From the human T2T-CHM13v2.0 reference genome, Homo sapiens: a stretch of 64,000 nt of DNA. The notes beneath the pieces were generated by a model. The model saw only the letters and a list, made by a program, of their open reading frames with translations. It was not told the origin of the DNA and did not search any database. Position 1 is the first letter of the stretch; the number at the start of each line of letters is the position of its first letter. This document shows positions 30,050 through 45,487 of this stretch, in pieces. The DNA is taken from the NCBI RefSeq assembly GCF_009914755.1, contig NC_060928.1. One strand, 5' to 3'. Position numbers and translations under genes: made by a program.

Positions 30050-31779
30050 ACGTTGGTGGCAAATTATTTCCAAATCACACTGCATAACGGATTGCTATTG
30101 GAAAATTGTCTTGTAAACTAGCACCTTTAAATCTTTTGCCTGTAGCAGCTACAATGAGAGTGAGAGAGACAGAGAAACAGAGAGAGAGAGAGAAAAAAAG
30201 AAAAACTCATTTATGAGGAGGGCAGTGGTTGTTATATTGTCATTATTGGGAAGTTTTATGGACATAAAAATCACAGTAGTTCTTGCTGGGACTCTCTTTG
30301 CCTCCTCAGCAGTTGAGTGGCTCAGCAGTTGATGGTTAATTCCAACCATCTTCTGTGGATTTTGGTTAGTTAACCTCAGAGGATAGCCCTTTGCATGTAG
30401 CCTCTGTTTGAGGGTTTCTTTTGTGAGCTTGTAGTACTTCATGTATTGAGTCAACCACTCAGTGCTAGCATACTTTTAAATGATTGGAGCCAATGAAAGC
30501 TTTGGAAAATAAATCTGTCTTGGGCAATATATGGCAACTTCTCTTTGAGTAATAGATGGTTTAAAATCTAACTTTACTTTTTCTTGCTTATGGATTCTTT
30601 GCTCACATTTTATAAAGCCAAGAAATTTTAAATTTTTTAAAGCCCTTGTGAAGATAAAAGATACAAGATAATATGTGCTTGCAATTGCTTTACCAAGGTT
30701 TCAAAAGAAATAAAAACAAAATGAAACAATTAAGAAGTCTCTGTCAAAGGTCTGGAAAATACGACTTTTGGATAGATTTTTCAGGAGACCTGTTTTGCAT
30801 TAAAATACCAACTAAAACAAAATGATGGATTGTTTTGGCACCATTTAGATTGAGCTTATGTGATGAGAACTGTACATAAAAGACAGCCAGTTATTGTCGT
30901 AGTTGACAGATTTTTGGGTACTGTCTAGTTGTTCAGTATAGTAAAGTCCCAGGGGTCAGAAGCTTTTCCAAAATTCTTATGCCAGGAACGACACAAACTT
31001 TTGCTGTAACAGAGACTGACATTCTCTTCCTACTTTATAGATATCTATAAGTTGTGGTCTTTCCCTGGCACATCAAATTAGTTCCTGTGACTTTCTGTGT
31101 AATACATTATTGTTCCTGATGTGACTTCATTTTTACATGCAAAAATGTTTGAAATTTGCCTTAAAGTATTGGTCATATTTTAATGGAGATAGGTGCAGAG
31201 GTTTTCAAGTGGAGCAGACAGCTTAGGCAAGGAGAAAATGAGGCAGAGCGTGTCCTAGGAAAAGCAAGATGATGAGTTTGGTTGGAGTCTAGGTTGTATC
31301 TAGGGGTTCTCTGAGAAATAATATTGGAAAGGTGTTTTGGGGACCTATTTGGAAGGCTTTGAGTTCCTGGTTTTTAATTTTTAGGCAATGTGGATCCATT
31401 TTCATCTGATAAAACACATGTTCAAGAAATTTCTAAGAAGGCCCCTGGAGTGACCTAGAGGAGAGGTGATAAGGTTTGAATAGGGTAGCAGTGACAACAG
31501 GAAGCACATAATGACAGATTATCTTAATTTTGCCACATTATACTTTATATGCTTGTGATACAAGGTGACATATGTCACTGAAAGATCCTATTAATAAATT
31601 AACCTATTAATAGAAATAACAGAGGCCTTACATTAAGTCCAAGGCTAAGAGAGAAATGTGCTCAAGAAATATTCATGTTTGTTAGGTGGGTGTGAAGAGA
31701 AGTTGCTACCACAAATTCACAGATCTGGGTTAGAGATTTAATTGAAAGATGATTATTGAAGCCAACAAAGCCTAATAAC

Positions 31780-31965
31780 ACTCTATTCAGCACATCACAG
31801 TTTTTAACATTGATCCCCCACTTTTTAAAAATGGAATTTAGTCTTTACAGTAGTTCTATAAGGTAGCTCTTAGAATCCTCATTTTATAGAAACTGAGGCA
31901 AAACGAGGTTAAGTAATTTTCCCAGAGCATACTGGTGACAGAAACCAGACCCTGAATCTCTGCTT
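31780..31965 (-). mobile_element. MIR
   Basis: cctcattttatagaaactgaggca...gaggttaagtaattttccc. Confidence 0.7.
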
Positions 31966-32629
31966 ACAGGGGCCCTGTCCACAGCCTGCTTCCTCAGCTG
32001 TACTTGATGACCCATTAATGCGCAACAAAATGAATTTGTTTACTAATGTGGCCCGTTCACCATTTTCATCAAGGCTATGTTAATCATCCACCAAACCTTT
32101 TTGTTTTCTGTTTCTTCTAATGACAGTGAGAATTGCATCATAAATTACTTGCTCATTGTTGTTGGCATTGAGTTAAGAAGAGAATGTAGGCATGTTTAGA
32201 TTAAACATATTTGAGTGAACCCCTGTAGCATTTCCAATGACAGGTCAGAACCTTTAAATGCTGAATAAATGTTAGTTGAACAGTGTTCCTGGGAATAAGA
32301 AGGATGCTTAGGAATGTGCCTAAAATGGAACATTAAATGATCCCCTAGTGACTTGAGAATCACTGTGCTTTACTAAGTGCCTCATTTATGGCAAAGCCTG
32401 GGGGAGACCTTAGCTCCTTGAGTTTTATCGTTTGTAATATTTGATATGTTATTTGAAGTAAATTGAAAGCATTCCTTGAATTACTTCTTTCTAATGTCTC
32501 CCATCTTTTTTCTTAATATGTAGTTCCAAGTTTAACTTACAGCTTAATTCCTGACTTTCAACTGAACTCACAGAAACAGGATTTAAGGTTTGTCAGTCAG
32601 TTGCTTGTAGGAAACATCTGATAAGGATC

Positions 32630-33312
32630 TAATTTGGATGATGAGATCCTGGACTTCTATCCAGAGTCTAAGCCACAGCTAGATGCCATAATGACAGGTC
32701 TTGGGAGAGAGTGAGTCTATGTTTCAGGTAGGAGGAATGTTAGTAATCTGTGGCCAGAGGTAGGACTGTGGCAATTTTAAAACATGGCTACAGATTCATT
32801 AAGAGGTGGATGGGTCTTGTCCTCTGTCCTTGAATCTGGGAAGGCTTATGACTACTTTAAAAAGTAGAGTATGACAGAAATGATGCTGTGTGACTTCCAA
32901 GATAAGGTCATTGAAGACTGAGTGTTTTGTGCTTTGTTCATTGCAATACTTGCTCTGGAACCTTGCACTGTCATAGAAGAGGTGACCACCATGAGGCCAT
33001 CATCCTGGAGAGGCCTCCAGTAAGTGTTCTGGTCAATAGTTCCTGCTGAGTTTAGTCTTCCAGCCATCCCTGCCGAGGTGCAAGGCATGGAAGTGAAGCT
33101 GTTGTGGACTCTTCAGACATGTCCAGTTACTAGTTGAATATCAATAAATAACCTGCATTGATGCCACATGAAACAGAAGAATCACCCAGCTGAGCCCTGC
33201 CCAAATTATAGATCCACAAAATTGTGAGATAATAAAATGGCACAAAGTTTGGAGGTAGTTTGTTGTACAAACTGGAAATGGGTAAGTTGAACAGAATTTG
33301 GTACTAGAAGTA
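32630..33312 (+). mobile_element. MLT1 (MaLR) LTR with internal-sequence remnants
   Basis: tgtggc...aagaggtgg...ccttgaatctggg...atgctgtgtgacttcc...aattgtgagataataaaatgg...tttggaggtagtttgtt. Confidence 0.8.
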
Positions 33313-33679
33313 GAAAAAATTTCACACCGAAGGCTGAGGTGGGGGAATGCCACCCGTGTGAGAACAGGGATAACTGCCTTCGCATCCCTGTGCCACACCC
33401 TAAATTGGGACTGCCACTGGCCGCCTGCTGGTTTACCTGGGACATGGCAAGTGGCCAGCTAAGTCTGGAGCTCACAGCCAGCAGCTGGTCAACCCCAGAG
33501 GCCTGATCGAGAAGCATCCACTTGGGGTCCGGCTCATCCTCACAGGAGGCCTAGCTGCCTGCTCAGCCGTGCCTCCCTGACAGAAGTCTTTATGCATTAA
33601 TGGTTAAGTAGTACCTGAGTGATGTCTAGGTGCACAGAGAAATGTCTCCACTGATCTGAAAAAACTTGAAGAAGTGCAT

Positions 33680-33727
33680 GTATGTGTGTGTGTGTGTATA
33701 GCAGTAGCAGTAGTAGTAGTAGTACTA
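33680..33727. repeat. (TG)n followed by (AGT)n simple repeat
   Basis: Directly visible. Confidence 0.85.
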
Positions 33728-33821
33728 GTTATATAGTTCTTAAAGACGAGCTCTAGAGTGAATTATTATACAGATGATTTGTCTTCTTTACTTTTTACTC
33801 TCCAGAAGATAATACTCTAAA

Positions 33822-33990
33822 TCCCTGCTATTCAGAGTACGTGTGGTCTGAGTACCAGCAGCACTGGTATTACTTGGGAGTTTGTTAGCAAAATAATATC
33901 TTAGATCCCACCCCAGATGTTGAATCAGGACCTGCATTTTAGCAAGATCCCAAGAGATACCAATGAACATTAATGTTGGAGGAATGCTGA
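33822..33990. mobile_element. MER5A (hAT-Charlie MITE)
   Basis: accagcagcactggtattacttgggagtttgttag...ctgcattttagcaagatccc. Confidence 0.8.
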
Positions 33991-34039
33991 TCTCAGCATT
34001 ACTGATCACTATTATTACTGCTTCTATTACGTCACTACC

Positions 34040-34265
34040 TCTCAAAACCTGAGGAGAGCTCCCACTTGTTGTACCATGTGCTAGCGACTTAAATACATTG
34101 CCACATGTAACTCCATTTTCATGATAACATTGCAATATAGATAATATCATCCCCATTATATACATGAGGGAACTGAGGCTTAGACTTTAAGAAATGTATC
34201 CAAGGCTGCACAGCTAATAAGCAGCAATGACAGTAGTAGAACCTAAGCCTGTTTCCAAGGCCTGT
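34040..34265 (-). mobile_element. MIR
   Basis: atccccattatatacatgagggaactgaggcttaga. Confidence 0.75.
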
Positions 34266-34274
34266 ACACAATCA

Positions 34275-34685
34275 ACCTCAAGGATTCAAGTGTGGTTTAT
34301 TTGAGGGTGACCTCAGAAGATACTGATAGGAGAGTGCAGATATGAAATAGAGAAGAACGGGAGCAATAACGGGTACATTGTTGAGCCAGTTTCCATTCTG
34401 GGCATCTGCAGCCTAATCCCAGAAGACTCTGGGACATGATTTAAAATACATTTCAGGGTTATTCCCCTAAGCAATGAGGGAACTTGGGTATCGATACTGT
34501 CATAGGTAAAGAGCTGCTTCTGGGGGTACTAATATCCTGGTATTTCTGGGCAGCTGCACATGTGGAAAAAGTGGGCTTAGGCAGTCAGAGAAAGCCTGTA
34601 GGCAAAGAAATGCAGGTGCTGGCCATTAGAAATCTGGCCAGGATTAGGGTGAGAGAATATGGCTGGACATCAACAGTGTCTACTG
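34275..34685. mobile_element. ERVL LTR (LTR16-like)
   Basis: gtttatttgagggtgacctcagaagatactgatagg... pattern. Confidence 0.5.
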
Positions 34686-35474
34686 TACTATGCTCGCCTT
34701 ACCTTACAGAAATATTATTTAGAAGGACATTTTTCTCTTTATTTTTATTTATTGGACCAAATATTGTTATGGAATTAAAGGATCTGTATACACAAAGTCC
34801 TTCTTCTTAGGGATACTGGCATGTTTTTTAGACATTAAAATAAAATTTAAATAATGAAAAAGATCATATCAAATCATCTTACCTTAACAAGTAAGAAGCT
34901 TTCATTTCACTGTGTTCTCTAACAGTGCTCATCTATATGCATGCATTATTATATTCTTTTGTTTAAACTTAATGTATCATTGCCACTTTCTATGTGGCTA
35001 CCTAAGCAGGTAATTATGCATGGCTGAGAAACATCCCATTATGTGGCTGTCACAATGCATTGAACAAGTCCTTTATTGCTGCATATTTAGGCTGAGAAAC
35101 ATAAGTGGCACAAATACAGGAATAGATACTTTTTTTTCAGCATGTGAGTGCAACTTAGTTTATTTCACAGTGACTGAGGCACTTCCACAGGCTTTGTTTC
35201 ATTCAAGAAATATGTGTTGAGGAGCTGCTACATGCCCAGCTCTGTGTTGGGTATAGTGGTATGATACAGATAAAGACAGTCTTTGTCCTCCAGAAGACAA
35301 GTTTATTGTGAGGCAATTGGTGAAAAGTTAAATAGCAAACAAAACGTTAAGTACCGTAAGAAGAAATGTGATGTGCTAATGGGTGCTAAACCTGGGCTAT
35401 ATTTTTATGAGCTTAGAAATGTGGGTTATATAAAAGGTCATTGATTTTTACCTTGTTATCTTATAATTCTGTAA

Positions 35475-35768
<294 letters not shown>

Positions 35769-37480
35769 TCCATATTGATTCTAATGAGACTTAGGAAAGG
35801 ACCTTGGACCCTAGAATTCACACTCAACAATCACATATTTATTGGCCATGGGTGAGGAAGGTATGGAAGTGTATGGTGTGATCATATACTTGGCTGAGGG
35901 CCTCAGATTTCCCTGTAGATTTGCTTTCACATGGAGCTGGGGTTTGAGCCCAGGGTCATCAGATTCCAGAACCATGCCCTGACTCCTATGCTACATTACC
36001 TGCTAAGAAAAGTGAGGATAGGATGCTAATTGATGTATTATACCAGGATATGAGGCTCGATAAAGAGGTTCTTACTATAAACAGCAATACCTATCACTAG
36101 TCTAAAATGAATTTTAGCTGATTTAAGCAGAAAAGAAACATTAAAAATATACTAGATGGCTCATAGAATTTCCAGAAAGATTTGGGACTTGGAGGTCATG
36201 TATCCAGGAATAATGCCCCATATTACAGGGCAAAACAGACCCAGTGAAGATATTTCTGTGCTGTTGACTATACCGCGGGCCCCTATGACATGGGTCCTGC
36301 TTCTTGAGCCCCTGCCCTGGCTGCCTCTGGGATGAAGATCCAGTTATCCATGGTTCACATGCATGCTGCATGCTCCTTGCTTCTTCCCGACATGGCACTG
36401 GACATTGATTTCAAGTCTAGGGCAGGTGATTCCAATTGGCAGAACCTAGGTCATGTGTTAGACTAATTGTCAGGGAGACTTAGAATGCAAATATCTGGTA
36501 TCTTAGTTCCCACAATGGACAAGGGCATTAGATTACCCAGGAGGCCAAAGAGTGACAAATTCCACAACTGTTCTTTTGGTTCTTTCATATTTTTCTTCTC
36601 TCTCTCTTCTGTTAAGCAAAATCTACCCACCCTTTAAGGTTCAGTTTATATCCCATTTCATCTGTGGAATTTTCTCTGACTTTGCTAGTCTTTCATTTTA
36701 TCCCTCCTCTGAGCATTACTTACAGCCAGAATGAGTTGTGAAAATATAATATTCAGAAGTTGACTTCATATCATTAGCCCTGACCCTTATTGTGCCCATA
36801 AACTGTTGTAGCTAACATTATATTTGGTGGCATTTTTGGATAGTTAATAGAGAAATAGCCTACAAGACAGAAATCAGTGAGTATTTATAGCTTCCTCTTT
36901 TTCCATCCAACCTGTCCTTCTTGTTATGTCTTTGGTTTTTATGTGATAGTCAATACTGTGTTGTGGCTATTATTTTGTATTTTCTAGTCTCTTTAACAGA
37001 AGGAATTCCTGAGGAAGGTAGCAACCATATCTAGTACTTCTTCTGTGATGTTTATAAAATGGTGCAAACAGTACATATTCATTGATTGGTTGAGAATAAG
37101 TATGCCTAAAAAATGCAACATTTGGTATATTTGGATCCTTTGATCCAAGTTGGTGTTCACTTGAAGTCAGAATACCTCATTTGTAGAAACAGTAACAAAA
37201 CTTTCTCCCTTCCTGTAAAATCTTGCTTTCAATAGGATTGACAATGAAACACTTTATTATGGAACTGAAGATCCTCTTAGGAATGTTAGGTTCACAGTCT
37301 ACATAGTAAAGAACCTTCTTTGAATGTCCACACACAAAGGCTGACTGCATAATCCTTTAATATGCTTTTCACAGACTTAATTCAATGGGAGTCAGGAGGA
37401 GGCTTTCGGTACTGAACAGTTTACCTGTCAGATTTGTCTTGGTAAATATACATACCTATTCTAATAACTGCTATCTATCA

Positions 37481-37970
<490 letters not shown>

Positions 37971-38164
37971 CTACACTTAAATAATTTCCCAGTAGTAGGT
38001 TTAGATTTGCTATTACCATTTTTTATTACCTTATTCTAAGCATCTTGCATACTCATTTGTAGATGTGAAGGTATAAATCTGCATCATTTGTGCATTCAAA
38101 TCTCATAAACCCTTTTCAAAAGAACTGTTTTTTTTCTACTTTTTTTTATTTAAAAATATTTATT

Positions 38165-39085
38165 AAGCAGATTGGGAGAAATATTTGTAATTCACATATC
38201 TGGTGGAGAATGCATGTCCAGACTATACAAAAAAACTTTTAAAACTCCAAGAAAACAAACAACCCCCCCAAAATGAATAAAATATTTGAGTAGACATTTT
38301 GCTAAAGAAGTATGGACGGCAAATAGACACACTAAAATGTGCTCAACATCATTAATTTCTAGGGAGATGAAAATTAAAATTACATCTATTAAAATGGCTA
38401 AAATACAAAGAAACTGATTATGTTACGTGTTGGTGAGGATGTAGAGAAACTAGAATTCATAGATAGCTGCTGGGAATGTGAAAGGAAATATAGCCTCTGG
38501 CAAACAGTTAAGCAGGTTCTTATGAAGTTAAACCTGTACTTACTATGACCCAGTAATCCTATTCTAGTTATTTATCCAAATTAAATAAAAATGTGTATTC
38601 ACATAAAAAGCTGAATGTGATTATTTATAGCTACTTTATTCACTATCTCCTCAAGCTGGAAACAACTCAAATGTCTCTCAACTGGGAATGGGTATAATTA
38701 CTGTGGCAGATTTATAAATGGAATACTTCTTAGCAATAAAAAGGAATGAACTACTGCTACAGTAATAACAGTAATAATTTGGATGGATCTCAAATGCATT
38801 ATATTAAGTGACAGGAGCCATACTCTAAAGACTGCAGACTGAATGCTTTCATATATATATAACATGCAGGACCATAGGAACAGAAAACAGGGATGCCAGG
38901 GACTGGGGCTGAGGGGAAGGGGTTAGCTGCAATAGGATGGGATATGTTTTGGGGTAATGGAACTTGTCTATATCTTGATTGTGGTGGTGGTGGTTACATG
39001 ACTGCATGTATTTATCAAATTTCACGGAACTGTACATGAAAAAGGGAGAATTTGACATATGTAAATCATACTTTAGTACAAAAGA
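38165..39085 (+). mobile_element. Old L1M (MB-ME type) 3' portion
   Basis: gggagaaatatttgtaa...gtgttggtgaggatgtagagaaactag...ggaaacaactcaaatgtc. Confidence 0.85.
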
Positions 39086-39277
39086 CATTACTAATTAAGT
39101 TTATTTTAGGCCTGAACTAACTGGTAAGCCCTGAGAATACAGAGATCAATAAGAAGGTCAATCTAGCTGAAGAAGTAAATGTGAAGGGACATAGGTAAAT
39201 ATAATACAAGTCAGCCCATGGTATTTTATAATAGAGATGTAATACAGTACTAGGGTAGCCTAAAGAAGGTTGCAGTA

Positions 39278-39571
39278 AGTGGAGCACAGTGGCTTGCACC
39301 TGTAATCCCAGCACTTTGGGAGGCCAAGGCAGGCAGATTGCTTGAGCCCAGGAGTTCAAGACCAGCCAGGACAACATGGTAAAACTCCATCTTTACTAAA
39401 ACTACAAAAATTAGCTGGGCATGGTGGCACACACCTGTAATCCCAGCTACCCAGGAGGCCAAGGTGGAAGGATCACTTGAGCCCAGGAGGTCAAGGCTGC
39501 AGTGAGCTATGATCGTGCCACTGCATTCCAGCCTGGGTGACAAAGCAAGAGCCTGTCTCAAAAACAAAAAA
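39278..39571 (+). mobile_element. AluJ
   Basis: ggtcaaggctgcagtgagctatgatcg J-type right arm. Confidence 0.93.
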
Positions 39572-39819
39572 TATTGCTTTAAACTCTAATATTGTCTGTA
39601 TGTGTGTGCTCATGTTCTGGGGGCAGGTGGGTGGGGGGCAGGTGTGTAACAGAGCCTCACAAGGAAGTGACATTCAATGAATGGAAAATAATTCCTCTGT
39701 AAGTTAGGTTGAGTGAGGAACAGAGAACAGGCACATCCAAATCACAGTCACTAATGTGAATAGAGTAAATGAGTTCTCAAAAAAAGAAAAAGAAAAAAGA
39801 AAGAAAAAGGCGAGCATGA

Positions 39820-40147
39820 GTTTTTATTTTTATTTATTTATTTACTTTTTATTATTTTTTTTTGAGACCGAGTCTCACTCTGTTGCCCAGGCTGGAGTGC
39901 AATGGCGTGATCTCAGCTCACTGCAACTTCCGTCTCTGGGGTTCAAGCAATTCTCTTGCCTCAGACTCCCAAGTAACTGGGATTACAAGCACATGTTGCC
40001 ACGTCCAGCTAATTTTTTTGTATTTTAATAGAGATGGGGGTTTCACAGTGTTGCTCAGGCTGATCTCAAACTCCTGAGCTCAGGCAATCCACCCGCCTGG
40101 GCCTCTCAAAGTGCTAGGATTACAGGCGTGAGTCACCGTGCCCAGCC
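39820..40147 (-). mobile_element. Alu (J/S)
   Basis: Antisense Alu, TSD TGAGTTTT. Confidence 0.93.
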
Positions 40148-40240
40148 TGTGAGTTTTTAATAAACCAGTTAAAATTTGTTTATCCAAAGGAGAAGAAATA
40201 CAAACAATACTGGACACATGCAAGATGTGTTTTTTCTTAG

Positions 40241-40540
40241 CGGCAGCTGCTAACCATCCTGGCTTCCTGGCAGGGAGCAGGTTATCATCTATCCTGTGAC
40301 TACGAGGGCACACCCTGCGTTAGCCCTGAGGCAAAGAGATAATAATAGCATGCTAGACTGGCAGCCTACACTCTGGAAGGGTTTATGAGGAGGAAGTCCG
40401 CAATTACATATTTCTGGGCAAACATTAACCAAGATTGAAACCCAGATTTGAAGAAAAATAGCAGGCTGGAATCTTCAGACAGATTCTGTAGCTGTTCTGT
40501 GGATTGAAACAGTAGTCAGACACACTGCTAACTCCAAAAG
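40241..40540 (+). other. Candidate non-coding exon (300 nt) or alternative first exon
   Basis: Acceptor gtgtttttttcttAG at 40239-40240 and strong donor AAG|GTAAGG at 40541, in unique sequence; frame 1 stops early. Confidence 0.45.
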
Positions 40541-41136
40541 GTAAGGTAAAAGATTGAGATGGCAGTATATAAAACTTGGTAAGAAAACTTTTCCACACCT
40601 GCCCACAGAATGTGTTCTGTAACACACAGAGCATTGTCCACATATGAATGATGAGAAATTATTTACATTCATGACAACAGAACCGAAGCCACAACATAGG
40701 GTCTATTGTTCACCTCATAGGGGTGACCGAATCTATTTATCCATGTGGTTTGGGAGCTCACCACTGTGCATTGAAGGGCCTCCTGTTGGCAACATCACCA
40801 AGAGCATTTCAGTCACTGTTACTACAATCTGAACAATTTGGGTTCCACGCTGTGGTTTTGTAATTTCTATTTTTAAAACTTGAACCATGGTGTGTCCAGT
40901 CTTGGTTGGGCATACTTAAAATGAAACTGTTAAGCTAAAATTAGCTTGACATCAAGACGTTGCATGTTCATTTTCCTTATATTTATAGCTGACCACAGTC
41001 ATTATACAGAAGCCATCTAGTCTTTACTGTGCACTCTAGGGAACAGGAGGGGCAGTGGGAGTAACCAAAAAAAGAACTACAAGTTTTTCCAAAGGCGGTT
41101 GGTCGTAACTACTGCCTGAGCAGAGCGGTGCCTGCG

Positions 41137-41177
41137 TCTTAGTGAGGTCAGCCCAAGTGGGACTGACCTCACTAAGA
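41137..41177. other. Perfect 15-bp inverted repeat (hairpin)
   Basis: TCTTAGTGAGGTCAG, 11-nt spacer, CTGACCTCACTAAGA. Confidence 0.95.
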
Positions 41178-42304
41178 TGAGGACTTTCCTTTGAACAGCT
41201 GTTTACTCTTCAGTTCTTCTGCAGTTAATCAACAGTGATGGGACCTTTTCTAAAAGTTTTGCTTAGGGCCTCAGAATTTAACTTAAATCACCACGAAGGA
41301 AGTATATACAACAAAGCTTCCTCTTAGTATTTCTTCACCAAGTAATTATCTACTGACATATCCAACAGGTGAAGATAAATGGACTCATCATGGTGTAAAA
41401 AAGAATTTTTGACTAAGAGTCAGAAGATCTTAGTTTTAGTTCAGTTTTTCTTCCGTTGGGTGTGTGGTTTGGGCCTCAATTTCATCCAATAAAATTCAAA
41501 GGGTTGAACTAAGATCCTTCCAGTTCAAAATTCTGATATTTCTCAACTTCTCGGAAGGAAGAAAGATAAATTGCATCATTCTAATCATATGTCAAATGAA
41601 ACAGCAACTACAGAGGAAAGAAGACCCATATAATCAATATTTTAATTTTTTTTAAAATTCCAGAATATCATGTGGAAAATCGTCATGCTCTAGGGATAAT
41701 ATTTCTTGTGAGATACTATACATTATCCTTGACCTTGTCTAGCATTTTACTTTGAAATGATAAACAATATATTTTTGGCTGTTTCATGTTATTTCAGTTT
41801 CACTATCATTCATTTGACTGGGATATGTTAGTTAAGGCAGAGGTGCAAACCTTTTTGATAATAAGCTGTGCTATATATCATATTTCTTCTTTGAGTTTAC
41901 TGGCTCAACTTTCCAAGTAACAGCCTTCAGGTATGTCACTGAGGGATGCTTTATGGGTTATGTCAAATACCCCAACTAAAATGACAACGAGAGATTGCTT
42001 ACAATCCCTGCTGTTGACTTCTGAATGCATTGTTAGAGTCTTTACCACATCTTTCTCTGATTATTCATTTTTTTGTGTTTACTAAAGAAGAAGAATCAAT
42101 GGTAGTAGATGCCCCAGTTATCTTGTGAATAATTGCAGACACGGAGAAATGGCAAATAAGAAAGAAATCAGGGCCTCAGTCACAGGGGAGGGTTGATAAT
42201 GAGATTGGTGGATTTATAAGACGACAGCAGATTCTGAAGAATATTTGTTACACGTGAAAACTTTGTGACAATTACCACTTAATGACTCCTTAGGGATCTT
42301 CTAA

Positions 42305-43188
<884 letters not shown>

Positions 43189-45487
43189 CATCCACATCAT
43201 TATTAACATCAATAAGAAATATTTATTGGACCCCTGTGATCTTTGGTGGAGTTGGGATCAGTGTTAATGTTAAGAAGACAAGGATGTGAACTTGACACCT
43301 GTGGGCCACAAATCAGCGTCAACTTTACCTATCAAATAAAGAGCAGTTTTTAAAAGAGAAAACCAGTACTATATAGTATGATGCTCAAGACAGATTCTCT
43401 TATTCTTCAGGTGTACTCTTCAGTTGTAACCCAAATTTTTAAGTGTTCACAGGTATATGTTTCTTTTTAATTATCACATGCCTTTTCTTATTTTCCACTC
43501 TACGACAGACAAATTTCTGAAATTAAAATCAAACTCCTCTATTTAAACTCTCTTTTGGGAGTATCTTGTTGGTCCTATAGAATGCTTTAGAAATCCCAAG
43601 ATGTTGAGTGACATCTACATTCTAAGTGACATTCTAAGCTAAGCCATGGCTTTTCTTATGGTTCATGTGTGTTTGAGTAAGCAAATATTGGTGAAAATGA
43701 GGGTATAGATATAACTTCTTTCTTTAGTATCATAGGATTGACCCCACCTAAGATGAGGTAAGACTAATTTTATCAGATCCATTTGTCCTATTTCTACTTT
43801 CAAGATTAACATCTAGTTTTCCCTGGTAAACTGACAAAATCCAACTCACATTGTTTTAGAAAATTTAGGAGATGGGTGGTCTTGTCGTCTTACTATAACT
43901 GCTCATTTTTAGCTTTGTTTTTGACTTCTCAATTGTCCTTCCTAGTAGAAAGCTAAGTAAAAGTGTGGTTCATGAGTTTGATTATTGACATTTTAGCTTC
44001 TAGCGAGGCTCTAATTTTAGGAGTGAGAGATAGACTCACACATAGGCAGATATGTAGGGGTGCTAAAAGCATCTATTGTGCAATATTATCCTTTTTCTTT
44101 AGTGTTTGGAAAACCTGCTTCTTTGCCTTTGGGCCTATTAAAATAAAGGTATTTTATATGATAGAGGGGTATTATCAGCCATTAACTTCTCATCACACAT
44201 TTGTTGATATCATGGCCAGTAGAGACAGGGTCTTAAGGGAATGAGGCCCCAGAAAGATACTTTTAAAGAGAAGGAAAAAGGGGCAGTTTGTTTTCCCTCT
44301 TATGATCTCATTTTCTCCCTCTATCTCGATAACACCAAATATACAAAGCTTCTGCAGCAAACTCAATGTGTGTTCTCGGGAACATGCTGCTCAAATAAAA
44401 ATATTAAGTTAAAAATAATCAATTGCCTTATTTTATCAAATTTTGTGTTTAGCATGTATAATCTTGATGCAGAGAAACTTCAGCAATGTGAATGGCAGAC
44501 CTTACACTTACTGGAGAAAAGTTCTTTTCTGATGGCCAGTCAAAACATACCAAGAAAATAGGAATGATTGGAAAGGTTACATGAACTTTATTTGACCTTT
44601 TTATGTAGTATATTTAAAGATAAAACAGTTTTGCAGTAAGAAACCATGTCAGTAGTTCTCAGGTCTGATTCATTTTTTTTTTTTCTCATTCCCTAAGCTC
44701 TCCTGTATTGAGGAAATTGCTGTGGCAACTGAGATGTAGATATTAAGATTGTTTTGCTGGTGAACCCTGGGATATGTGCAAATTGACATGTACTCAAGGG
44801 AGAATTCCCACTGCAAAGAGTGTTTGCCAGACCACTTTAGTTTTCCCCAGAAGTTAAGAGTGTACTCTGGCTAATACTAAGAATGGTCAGCCAGGCAATA
44901 GGGTGATTCAAAGAGACAAAGTCCATGAATTTGTCTCATGCTGATCCTGAGAAAAGGGTCCATTGCAGACTCTGAGAGAGAAGACTATGAAGTATCAGAA
45001 AGTTTATATGTATGGAACATTTTGTTTTTAATTTTAGAAAATTATTTAGAAAAAGGTAATATGGGTAAAGATTCTCGAAGAAAGGGATTCAGAGATACTC
45101 TGATGCCAGAGAAGCCTATCCATGGAGCAAAGGTAGAAAACTACCAATATTCTTGGATATCACTACGAAGTCACAGTTCAGGGATAGCAAAGTGGTTTCA
45201 TGGAAACTGTGTTGGGAAGGATTCTGGAGATGTTTGTCCTCAGGGAAAAGAGTACTTTGATGAATTAGTGATGTCTGCTATAGGTGTGCGAGGGGGAAGT
45301 CATTGTGCATGCCCAGTAAATTTGCTTAGTTCTGGTTGAGGTACAATCTTATAGCAAGTTTTTTGATATCTAATCCTTAATTTCTTTATCTGTAATGAAG
45401 ACAATGATACCTGGCCTACTTACCTGGAGACCTGTTGTGAGAATGGAATGAGAGAGTAACTGTGAAAGCATTTTGAGAACTATAAAG

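Noticed and set aside
43411-43452. Possible 42-nt exon
   Set aside because: Weak donor (gtatat) and no supporting evidence
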